Shown here: piece by piece, positions 49,606 to 57,397 of the stretch
Position numbering within the stretch: position 1 is the first letter of the stretch
How the letters are laid out: every line of letters begins with the position of its first letter
IMG/VR virus record: IMGVR_UViG_3300031993_000033
Location: 1 to 64,000 of that record
Length of the DNA stretch: 64,000 nt
DNA from: a virus
Lineage: Duplodnaviria; Caudoviricetes
Reading direction: 5' to 3' (one strand)
Made by a program: the position numbers and the translations under genes
Notes under the pieces: model-generated
What the model was told of the DNA's origin: nothing
The model's input: the letters and a program-made list of their open reading frames with translations, nothing else
The model's database searches: none

Positions 49606-50115
49606 ATGGGAACTACATCATATAAAAAGGCTCATATGAGCGAAGCGATAACAATTCCGGTATCGGAAATTCAGCTTACAGAAGCGGTGCATATTGCCGG
49701 AAATCCACACTACACCTGTGTTGGAAAATCCAGCGAGGACTGTTGCGTGATTGTACGCAGAAAGCGCGGCGGCTATGCGCTTGTGAGTGGCTGGGCTGAC
49801 TATCGGGAGTGTATTATGCAAGGCTATGGTGCTGTAAAGGCTATCGTGATGAATACGAAACGTGGAAATTTCATGAGGCAGTATGGCGACACATATCTGC
49901 CCCTATCGGAAATTTATGTGCCGGAGCATTTTGCGAAGTCTACTCCTCGTGATTGGAAAATCCAAAGAGTAAAACACAGACTCGGAGATAAGAAGAAACT
50001 GGATAAGCCGATAACTATTAATCAGGAACGCTATATCGTAGACGGTTACACACGGTATCTTGTTGCAAGGGAAATCGGTATGCGGTATGTGCCTGTAAGG
50101 CGGATAAATGATTAA
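49606..50115 (+). CDS. ParB/Srx-like domain protein
   Basis: KPITI..YIVDGYTRYLVA..G...VPV; degenerate second copy YALVSGWADY N-terminally. Confidence 0.7.
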   Translation: MGTTSYKKAHMSEAITIPVSEIQLTEAVHIAGNPHYTCVGKSSEDCCVIVRRKRGGYALVSGWADYRECIMQGYGAVKAIVMNTKRGNFMRQYGDTYLPLSEIYVPEHFAKSTPRDWKIQRVKHRLGDKKKLDKPITINQERYIVDGYTRYLVAREIGMRYVPVRRIND

Positions 50116-50140
50116 AAGATAAAAATATATCGGAAAAGTA

Positions 50141-50169
50141 TTGACAATTGCAATAGGAAGCAGTATAAT
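50141..50169 (+). promoter_or_regulatory. Sigma-A promoter for tRNA cluster
   Basis: TTGACA-17bp-TATAAT. Confidence 0.8.
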
Positions 50170-50211
50170 AGATAACAGAGGGGAACGGAAAATTCCCTCT
50201 GGAAGAAATAT

Positions 50212-50286
50212 TGGGGATTCGCCAAGTGGTGAAGGCACAGGACTTTGACTCCTGCATCGTGGTTTCGAGTACCACATCCCCAACCA
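50212..50286 (+). tRNA. tRNA-Gln(TTG)
   Basis: Cloverleaf, CAGGA-CUUUGAC-UCCUG anticodon arm, encoded CCA. Confidence 0.9.
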
Positions 50287-50351
50287 ACGGTTTCATTTCA
50301 TTTGTATGTCCTTTCAAGCCCTGTGGCGAGGCTCTAAACCGCCACAAATAT

Positions 50352-50451
50352 GGGAGCAAACCCGATTGATAAGCAGGCGCAATGCTGCTTTTGTTCCACA
50401 CTTCGCTTTTAATCATCGTAAGGGTGGTAGCCAGTCCACCCTCTCCCACCA
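50352..50451 (+). ncRNA. tRNA-like RNA with atypical interior
   Basis: GGGAG/CUCCC+ACCA, T-like arm GGGUGG/CCACCC, internal hairpin AAGCAG/CUGCUU. Confidence 0.4.
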
Positions 50452-50514
50452 AAATCTACGCTATACCTTGTGTATAGTTGACCTCCTAACGCCCGTCATC
50501 GTGGCGGGCAATAT

Positions 50515-50600
50515 GGACTTGTGGCGAAATTGGTAAACGCACTTGGTTCAAACCCAAGCGGTCTTAGACCTTGCAGATTCGAGTTCTGTCAAGTCCACCA
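50515..50600 (+). tRNA. tRNA-Leu(CAA)
   Basis: Cloverleaf with long variable arm, CUUGG-UUCAAAC-CCAAG, encoded CCA. Confidence 0.9.
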
Positions 50601-50602
50601 TA

Positions 50603-50688
50603 GGCAAGGGAGATAAAGTAGGTAAGTATCTATGGGTTTAAGCGTAGCACCTATGGAGATCGGTTCAAATCCGGTATCAACCTTGCCG
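50603..50688 (+). ncRNA. Aberrant tRNA-like RNA
   Basis: Acceptor GGCAAGG/CCUUGCC, D-arm, canonical GGUUCAAAUCC T-arm, 11-nt anticodon loop, 5-nt insert before 3' acceptor strand. Confidence 0.55.
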
Positions 50689-50695
50689 TTATAAT

Positions 50696-50788
50696 CAAGA
50701 TATTGTGTTTTAAAGGCTAAAAATGCGGATAAAGCACAATATCTTGTGTTTTACGGTCTGAAAATGTGTGTAAGATACAAGATATTGT
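50696..50788. repeat. Three copies of CAAGATATTGT (two direct, one inverted)
   Basis: 50696, 50736 (reverse), 50778. Confidence 0.7.
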
Positions 50789-50820
50789 ACGATAGAACTA
50801 ATATTCTATGAGGTGATGAT

Positions 50821-51201
50821 ATGGACGTAAAGATTACTGAACGTGGCTGGGCTGGGCATTTTTGTTGTAGTAAGTCTTGCTTGTTTAGACGTAATACATT
50901 GTTGGAGTATGGCGATAAAAAGTGGATTGTGTCTACTGTTGGCAATATGATTGACACACTTACTGGTAAATTAACAACCGTAGGATATGAAAGATGGTAC
51001 GAAACTATGGCGTTTGAAGCAACAGAAAGTGATGGATATATCGAAGCCGATGTTAGTAAGGATATATACTTTAATTCCGAGTGCGGACTATATGCTAAAA
51101 CAGCAAGAGAACTGCATGAAAAATATCCTTGTGTAGATAACGTTGCTAATGATATGCACGAGGCTGTTGTGTCTGAGTTAGCTGAAAAAATTAAGGAGTG
51201 A
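50821..51201 (+). CDS. Hypothetical phage protein
   Basis: TERGWAGHF..C.FRRNTL, YETMAF motifs. Confidence 0.7.
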   Translation: MDVKITERGWAGHFCCSKSCLFRRNTLLEYGDKKWIVSTVGNMIDTLTGKLTTVGYERWYETMAFEATESDGYIEADVSKDIYFNSECGLYAKTARELHEKYPCVDNVANDMHEAVVSELAEKIKE

Positions 51202-51635
51202 TAACAATGCGCTTGTGGAGTTACCAACTTTTGCCTTATCTGCCTCGACAGCAATTATTGTCTCAATGGAGAGAGTGCTGTTGCATAGCAAAGAGCATAG
51301 CAGAAAAGGGTACGCCTAATCACATACTGGTAAATAAGATTATGGATTATTCGATAGATCACTTTGTAGAGTATTGTTACAACGTCTGCATAGAGATGGA
51401 ATATAGAGGCTACAGATGTGACTTCTCACGGCTTGACCGATACCTTGAGACAATGAACAGTGTACCACTGAGAAATGGAGAACAGATATTCCCTGATTGG
51501 CATAATGACATTTATCTCAGAGAGTGTTTGTATAATTTGGAAGAAAAATTTAGAGCTAATGGTATTCCTGCTGACGAATGGCAGAGGATATACGATAGGT
51601 TTAAGGACTTTACACCGCTATGGGAGGGTAAATAA
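51198..51635 (+). CDS. Pyrimidine-dimer DNA glycosylase/endonuclease V-like protein
   Basis: MRLW..L.PYLPRQQLLSQWRE...EM..RGY...H...YL.EC..NL.EK. Confidence 0.75.
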   Translation: MITMRLWSYQLLPYLPRQQLLSQWRECCCIAKSIAEKGTPNHILVNKIMDYSIDHFVEYCYNVCIEMEYRGYRCDFSRLDRYLETMNSVPLRNGEQIFPDWHNDIYLRECLYNLEEKFRANGIPADEWQRIYDRFKDFTPLWEGK

Positions 51636-51904
51636 TGTATCAGCAAGTCAAGGAACTCCGAGCCTGTATAGATAAAATGTACGATGCTGCTATGAGGCAG
51701 GACGATGAGCGTAGAAAAGAGATTGAAACGCTCAAAGCCTATCTTAGTTTTGCGTTGAGTGCATTTGAAAGCATTAGGAGTTGTAAGTATGCTCCATGTG
51801 GATTTTGCAAGCATCGCAACGAAGATGACACTCCGTTTTGTGGTGAAGGTCATAAATGGGAATGGGAATACGCAGAAGAAGTCAAGAAGTTATTGGCTGA
51901 ATAA
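51635..51904 (+). CDS. Hypothetical protein
   Basis: Coupled ORF, GGAGG RBS. Confidence 0.6.
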   Translation: MYQQVKELRACIDKMYDAAMRQDDERRKEIETLKAYLSFALSAFESIRSCKYAPCGFCKHRNEDDTPFCGEGHKWEWEYAEEVKKLLAE

Positions 51905-51917
51905 AAGGAGTGATAAT

Positions 51918-52139
51918 ATGATTGACGGATTTACGATGTATTATAACAGTGGTGAACGGTGTGAAAACAGCAAGACGAAGTACGAAGAACTATGTGAGCA
52001 AATGAGAATTTTACAAAATAACTTAGATTCCGAAGATGCACATGGCAAAGCAGATGATATTCTGTGTGAAGCTCTTAAAATGTTTGGCTGTAATGAACTT
52101 GTTGAGCTTTATGAACAAATTGAAAAATGGTATTCATGA
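51918..52139 (+). CDS. Hypothetical protein
   Basis: AAGGAG RBS; D.E.AH..ADD.LC...KWYS. Confidence 0.6.
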   Translation: MIDGFTMYYNSGERCENSKTKYEELCEQMRILQNNLDSEDAHGKADDILCEALKMFGCNELVELYEQIEKWYS

Positions 52140-52156
52140 TAAAAGGAGGATTTAAA

Positions 52157-52342
52157 ATGGGTTATGAGCATGAAGAAAAATATATCGAAAAAGTAAAAGA
52201 AATACAGAGTATGCAAGATGCTGAAAAGTATAGATTATATATGCAATGGTGTAATGAATGTCCGAAAGCTCATGACTTTACCTGTTCAGGAGCAGATGCT
52301 AAAAAATGTGAACAAGAAAAGCAAAAGTTACTGGCTAAATGA
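52157..52342 (+). CDS. Hypothetical protein
   Basis: AAGGAGG RBS. Confidence 0.6.
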   Translation: MGYEHEEKYIEKVKEIQSMQDAEKYRLYMQWCNECPKAHDFTCSGADAKKCEQEKQKLLAK

Positions 52343-52357
52343 AAGGGGAGTTTTATT

Positions 52358-52738
52358 ATGAGTGACTACTGCCACAAAAAAGTCATAAGAATGAAAATAT
52401 CAGAAGAAGAAGCCTGTGAGATATTTGGTGTTGATGACGGTTGGGGTATATCAGACTTGCTTGAGAAAACAGAGTTTGAAATCGCTCCTACATCCGATTT
52501 CTTTATTGACTATGTTCTATTTTCCAGAAATGATGCTGAAGGTGATTGGGGCAGAACAAGACGGTTAGGCAATGCTGAGTATTTAAAGTATGGTAGCAAG
52601 TTTAGAAAACTTCTTAAACGCAGAATCGTTATGCCTAATGAACTAAGACTTGTCGAATACTGTTGGTATGATTGCAGCGAAGCCCCAGATTATTTTGACG
52701 AGCCGACTGATCACGATGACTTTTACGATGAGGTGTAA
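52358..52738 (+). CDS. Hypothetical protein
   Basis: GGGGAG RBS. Confidence 0.65.
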   Translation: MSDYCHKKVIRMKISEEEACEIFGVDDGWGISDLLEKTEFEIAPTSDFFIDYVLFSRNDAEGDWGRTRRLGNAEYLKYGSKFRKLLKRRIVMPNELRLVEYCWYDCSEAPDYFDEPTDHDDFYDEV

Positions 52739-52741
52739 ACT

Positions 52742-53029
52742 ATGAAACGAGTTTGTCCTTATGATGAGATCACGCCTATGAGTCTTACGGGTTGTCACCA
52801 GTGTGGTTTTAGACTGATTTGCTCGGAATACGAAAAGGCTCTTAGATATATGTACAGTTATATTCGTATGGGCAACTCAGCAAGGATATGTGGTAAACGG
52901 ATAATGGCAGAAGATTTGAGAGACATTTATAGAAATAAGTTAGAAATGATTAGTAATAGCTTTTGGCGATGGACTTCTAATGAAGAATTGCTGAAAGATA
53001 TTGCCGTACATGAGGTGAGATATTTATGA
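52742..53029 (+). CDS. Hypothetical protein
   Basis: GAGGTG RBS. Confidence 0.55.
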   Translation: MKRVCPYDEITPMSLTGCHQCGFRLICSEYEKALRYMYSYIRMGNSARICGKRIMAEDLRDIYRNKLEMISNSFWRWTSNEELLKDIAVHEVRYL

Positions 53030-53460
53030 GAGTAAATGTTAAAAACTATATGTATAGATGGTTTGATGATATGTTGATTTTGCAGACCGAGGATGACAAC
53101 GTTCTCTATATTTATTGCCCAAGTGAGTGCATATATAATGATGGGATTTCACGTTATTATTGTTACAAAGAAAATCTTCAAGCAAGAGAGTTGTTGGAAA
53201 TTGATTATGTAGATTATCATACGGAATCAGACTCAGATATTTCTTGTGACGGAATTGCTCACTTTATTCAGTATAGGAATAATAAGAAAATCATTATGCG
53301 TGGATATAGATGTTGTAAACATAGAAAACTTCCAGATGATATTCTTAATAAAGCTGGTGGATATTGGTATCACCGAAATGATAATGAAACAGTTGAAAAT
53401 GATAAAAAGAAGCGTCAGTGGTCAGATTTTATATCTGTTATAAGTGATGCAATAAAATGA
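53026..53460 (+). CDS. Hypothetical protein
   Basis: ATGA overlap. Confidence 0.6.
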   Translation: MRVNVKNYMYRWFDDMLILQTEDDNVLYIYCPSECIYNDGISRYYCYKENLQARELLEIDYVDYHTESDSDISCDGIAHFIQYRNNKKIIMRGYRCCKHRKLPDDILNKAGGYWYHRNDNETVENDKKKRQWSDFISVISDAIK

Positions 53461-53488
53461 AAGTCTTGTTTTATTAAGGAGGTTTATT

Positions 53489-54091
53489 GTGGATTACGAC
53501 ACGATTTACAATGGCACAACAATAGATGGTGTTAAAGCCATTACAGATGCTTTAGAACTATCAGCATATGAACATAAAAAATTAGAAAGGCATCAGAAAC
53601 TAAGTCAGCTTGCAGATGAAGATGTAGCTTATACAATCAGAAAGAACGTCAATTATTTATGGGTTGATTATTACTTTGATGATGCAAAAGAATGGCTTGA
53701 TATAAGAACTCAAAAATACGATAAGCGTAAAAAGTATAAGGAAAAAGATGCGTATGAATACCTTGTAAATGAAATCAAAGAAATTTTTCAAGTTGATACT
53801 TGCGAGATAATTAGAATGTGCTATGAAGGATATGAACAGTATTCCAGATGGATAGAATTTACAACCGATAGTGATTATATATTTCATATGACTATCCCAG
53901 TTGTGAAAAGAATCACGCCTAAACTTATGTCTTATGTTTATTATGGCAAGGTTACAATTGGATATTATGTAGGCGAAAATTATAGAAGAATATGTGGGGC
54001 TTCTTATAATACAACAGAATTAAAACCAATTATGGATGAAATTCTAACATCTGAAGAATACAAAAAGCATTTGTCAAAGATGAAAGAATAA
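53489..54091 (+). CDS. Hypothetical protein
   Basis: AAGGAGG RBS, GTG start. Confidence 0.65.
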   Translation: MDYDTIYNGTTIDGVKAITDALELSAYEHKKLERHQKLSQLADEDVAYTIRKNVNYLWVDYYFDDAKEWLDIRTQKYDKRKKYKEKDAYEYLVNEIKEIFQVDTCEIIRMCYEGYEQYSRWIEFTTDSDYIFHMTIPVVKRITPKLMSYVYYGKVTIGYYVGENYRRICGASYNTTELKPIMDEILTSEEYKKHLSKMKE

Positions 54092-54170
54092 TTTTATCGG
54101 TAAAATAACGACGTAGAATAGCCAAAAAGTGGCTCTAAAAATTACATGAAATTTCACTTTTATGAGGAGG

Positions 54171-54578
54171 ATGAAGATGAGTGAACTCACATTGGACGAA
54201 GCCATAAAGCATTGCCTTGAAGTGGCGGAGCAGAATGAAATAGATTCAATAACGTACAAGAACTGCAAAGAAATCAAGACCAATATGTATGAAAAGCTAC
54301 TCGCAGAAAAAGTGGAGAATGACTGCTTAGAGTGTGCCGCAGACCATAGACAGCTTGCAGAGTGGCTTAATGAGCTTAAAGAAGCAAGAAAGCTATTGAC
54401 CGCCACAAAGTACAGGGTGAAGCATGAAGAATGGGATATGCACGGAGAGCATTACATAGGCGATTATGCGTTATGTCCTAACTGCAATAAATGTTTTACA
54501 AATATCTATAACGGCAAAGCAGCTCCAGTTGTTACATTCTGCCCTGACTGCGGTCAGAAGATAGACTGGAATGAATAA
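54171..54578 (+). CDS. Hypothetical protein with C-terminal zinc ribbon
   Basis: TLDEAIKHC..HRQLAEWL; CPNC..FCPDCG. Confidence 0.65.
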   Translation: MKMSELTLDEAIKHCLEVAEQNEIDSITYKNCKEIKTNMYEKLLAEKVENDCLECAADHRQLAEWLNELKEARKLLTATKYRVKHEEWDMHGEHYIGDYALCPNCNKCFTNIYNGKAAPVVTFCPDCGQKIDWNE

Positions 54579-54621
54579 AACGTGTCTTAGACGGCAAAGA
54601 CGAATTTGAAACAAAGGAGAA

Positions 54622-54888
54622 ATGAAAATGGCTGAAAGTTGGAATGATATATTTGGTGGACAATTTGCCAAACCAGATGTTAAACATGATAAACTAATTG
54701 CAAAAGCAGTTGAGTGTTACACCGAAAAGCTTGAAGAAGAAAATAAGGTGTTGAAAGATATTATAAGGCAGATAGATGATGCTTTTATGTCCTTTAACGG
54801 TAAGAGCAAGTCTACTGATGATATAATTAATGAGATTATTGATATTCTGAAAGTTTATAGAGATGCGTTTAGGGAGGAAGCACCATGA
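54622..54888 (+). CDS. Hypothetical protein
   Basis: AAGGAG RBS. Confidence 0.6.
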   Translation: MKMAESWNDIFGGQFAKPDVKHDKLIAKAVECYTEKLEEENKVLKDIIRQIDDAFMSFNGKSKSTDDIINEIIDILKVYRDAFREEAP

Positions 54889-55259
54889 AAGAGTACTTAG
54901 AGCTTGAAAGGGTGCTTGATGATAGTCATATCATCACAGTACAAACAAGGGACTATGGCAGTTTAGAGGTTGTGCCTGTTGAATACCTTGCAAATTTACC
55001 AACCGTAGAACTACAAACCATAAAAGATGTAGTTGTACCAAAACTTGAAAAACATAACATAAAACGTGGTTATCCTGATATGACCGAGGGAGAAGTAGCT
55101 GCTTATATATTAGGATTCAACGAGCATGAGAAGCTTAATATGGGGCATTGCTATATTGATAATGAGGGGTACGAAAGATGTTCTGTATGTAATGAGCATG
55201 AAACAGGTATGAGATATGCCTCATTCTGCCCGAGATGCGGCGTCAAGCTGAAACACTGA
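54885..55259 (+). CDS. Hypothetical protein with zinc ribbon
   Basis: CSVC..FCPRCG. Confidence 0.6.
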   Translation: MKEYLELERVLDDSHIITVQTRDYGSLEVVPVEYLANLPTVELQTIKDVVVPKLEKHNIKRGYPDMTEGEVAAYILGFNEHEKLNMGHCYIDNEGYERCSVCNEHETGMRYASFCPRCGVKLKH

Positions 55260-55276
55260 AACAAGGAGAACTAACA

Positions 55277-55597
55277 ATGACGCTTGAACAAACTATAAAC
55301 GATTGTGAAAGACTTGCAGATCAGCAAGAAGCAATAATTAAAAATATTAAAAATAATTTGGCGGGTACTCCAATTAAAGAGTATATAGATGAGTGTTCTG
55401 AGTGTTCTGCTTATTCTAGGCAGATTGCAGAATGGCTTACGGAACTTAAAGAGTGGAAGGCAAATCCGTTTAGCCTGATTAAAACAGAGTGCAAAAATAA
55501 TTACTACTGTAATAAGTGTGCTTTTCTCGACCATTGTCCATTTTCAAACGGGAACAGAGTTGCGGCAGAACACCCGATGGACTGGGTTGTATATTAA
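55277..55597 (+). CDS. Hypothetical protein (paralog of 54171 N-terminus)
   Basis: TLEQTINDC..RQIAEWLTELKE. Confidence 0.6.
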   Translation: MTLEQTINDCERLADQQEAIIKNIKNNLAGTPIKEYIDECSECSAYSRQIAEWLTELKEWKANPFSLIKTECKNNYYCNKCAFLDHCPFSNGNRVAAEHPMDWVVY

Positions 55598-55626
55598 AGT
55601 TGCATTTTATTGGAGGTGAACAATGA

Positions 55627-55860
55627 ATGACCAATGATAAACTTGATAAGGCTATTGCTACAAGAAAGAAAATGTCAGAGTACGATGATATAATTAAAAT
55701 GCTCAATGACAATCAGTACGACCATTTTAACATACATGGAGTGTGTAGCGATGGTGTGAGCGACTACATAGACCTTTTGCCTGATGATTGTTTAAAGGCT
55801 GTAAAACAATGGTATATAGACGAGTGGATAAAGTTAAAGGAAGAATTTGAAAAGATATGA
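55627..55860 (+). CDS. Hypothetical protein
   Basis: GGAGGTGA RBS. Confidence 0.6.
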   Translation: MTNDKLDKAIATRKKMSEYDDIIKMLNDNQYDHFNIHGVCSDGVSDYIDLLPDDCLKAVKQWYIDEWIKLKEEFEKI

Positions 55861-55886
55861 AAGCTACATTTTATCGGAGGTGAACC

Positions 55887-56084
55887 ATGAGAGACATAAA
55901 CAGACTTGATAAGTTCTACGACGAGCTTAAAGAGATACATAAGAAGAACTTTCCTGATTGGCGTTTCGGTCAGATGATAGTCAATGTGTTGGCTGATTGG
56001 CAAGCTAAGACCAAGAGAGATATTTTCTTTCCCGAAGAAGATGAGATGATACAGATATTCAGGGATTATGTAAACAAAACTTGA
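55887..56084 (+). CDS. Hypothetical phage protein
   Basis: MRDINR...PDWRFGQ..D.FF.E.D. Confidence 0.65.
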   Translation: MRDINRLDKFYDELKEIHKKNFPDWRFGQMIVNVLADWQAKTKRDIFFPEEDEMIQIFRDYVNKT

Positions 56085-56111
56085 AACCTACGTTTTATTG
56101 GAGGTGAACAC

Positions 56112-56312
56112 ATGAGTAATCTTGAACATCTAATTGAGAATACGCTGGTAGCTATGGAAGATAATACGTTGTGCTACGAAGATATTTGTAAGCGCATTAA
56201 GAACGATGTTAACTTTCCCTACACTTCATTGTCAGCAGATGATGTGTTAGAGATATGCACATATTTTCTGTATACATGGTGTGGAACTTGCGAAAAGTGC
56301 AATAGGAGATGA
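56112..56312 (+). CDS. Hypothetical protein
   Basis: GGAGGTGA RBS. Confidence 0.6.
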   Translation: MSNLEHLIENTLVAMEDNTLCYEDICKRIKNDVNFPYTSLSADDVLEICTYFLYTWCGTCEKCNRR

Positions 56313-56318
56313 TAAGAG

Positions 56319-56633
56319 ATGACAATTAATATTCAAGAACTGCTTGACAAAGGCTATAAAGAGTTCCCACCAACAAGGTTTGATACTGCGGATAAATGCT
56401 TTCAGAAGCGGTTTACGACAGAGAATGGTGATACGCTGTATTTTATCAACGTTAATATGTATTACTCTTGGGGTTCAGTTCCAGAGAATTTTGAAGTTGA
56501 AACGCAGCTCTATCAGAAAGGAACGCATGAGCCTGTAAATCTGAAGTTCTTCTGTGATTGGACTTTGGCAGATGTCGAGGATTATGTGCAACGAATTTAC
56601 GAAGTGGGGTTTGAGCCGTATGAAGAATCGTGA
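56319..56633 (+). CDS. Hypothetical protein
   Basis: ORF track. Confidence 0.6.
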   Translation: MTINIQELLDKGYKEFPPTRFDTADKCFQKRFTTENGDTLYFINVNMYYSWGSVPENFEVETQLYQKGTHEPVNLKFFCDWTLADVEDYVQRIYEVGFEPYEES

Positions 56634-56808
56634 TTGGTTAAACAATATGGCACTTATTGATATGCTAAATATAATTAACGAGCGATTTGATGGATGTTTT
56701 GTTTATAGAATGGAAGAACAAGATTTTAATTCCATAGACGGGCGTTGTGAGAAATATAATTGGGACTGTTACAAATGCATCGCAGCGTGGTTAAACGAGG
56801 AGAATTAA
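56620..56808 (+). CDS. Hypothetical protein
   Basis: MKNRDWL..C..CIAAWLNEE. Confidence 0.55.
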   Translation: MKNRDWLNNMALIDMLNIINERFDGCFVYRMEEQDFNSIDGRCEKYNWDCYKCIAAWLNEEN

Positions 56809-56809
56809 T

Positions 56810-57139
56810 ATGACCACATATGAATTATTCAGAACACAAGACAGAGGATTTTTTGAGCCTGTAAATATGATTGATGTCAAGGAAGTCATTGCCAACAATC
56901 CTAACGGAATGTGCCTGTGGGTTCAAACGCCCGATTACTATATGGAAGTTGACTGCCCTGATAGGTATAACATGAACGCAAGGTTTGATGTTGAGGGCAA
57001 GATGTTGGTCAACAAGCTGTTTCCTTATAGCTTTACAGGCTTCATGGACGCTTGCAATTGGTTTGATGAGCAAAGAGCTACTTACCGCTTCGCTGAACTT
57101 ATAGGGAGGAAGAAACCGTGGACATCAGACAGCAGATAG
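56810..57139 (+). CDS. Hypothetical protein
   Basis: GAGGAG RBS. Confidence 0.6.
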   Translation: MTTYELFRTQDRGFFEPVNMIDVKEVIANNPNGMCLWVQTPDYYMEVDCPDRYNMNARFDVEGKMLVNKLFPYSFTGFMDACNWFDEQRATYRFAELIGRKKPWTSDSR

Positions 57140-57360
57140 TCGAGCTTTGCAAGGAGCGCATAGCCGCCGCTAAAGACAAAAAGGAACTGCGGTTGTACCT
57201 ATATGATATAATCGCGGCTCTTAATGGCGGCGAGAGAAATCCGCTGAAGATAACCAATAAGGCAGTCGCAGAGAATATCCTGTACACTATCCGGCAGTAT
57301 GGGACTGAGGAACAGGCGAGGAAAGCGACTGAGATAAACAATGTTTGGCAAAATCTGTGA
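57118..57360 (+). CDS. Hypothetical protein
   Basis: GGAGG RBS, GTG start. Confidence 0.55.
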   Translation: MDIRQQIVELCKERIAAAKDKKELRLYLYDIIAALNGGERNPLKITNKAVAENILYTIRQYGTEEQARKATEINNVWQNL

Positions 57361-57397
57361 AAACAGTTTGCATATACTATTAGAAAGGAAGTAAACT

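Larger units (their letters stand above)
41314..50192 (+). repeat. Dispersed strand-polarised CGGAAA(W) motif field
   Basis: About 50 CGGAAA by manual count plus many DGGAAAW on + strand, about 1 on - strand. Confidence 0.85.

Noticed and set aside
50322-50346. CUCUAAA loop resembling an amber-suppressor anticodon loop
   Set aside because: No acceptor, D or T arm; better explained as part of a pseudoknot
50287-50515. HDV-like theta ribozymes after tRNAs
   Set aside because: Could not build the nested P1/P1.1/P2/P3 fold at any tRNA 3' end
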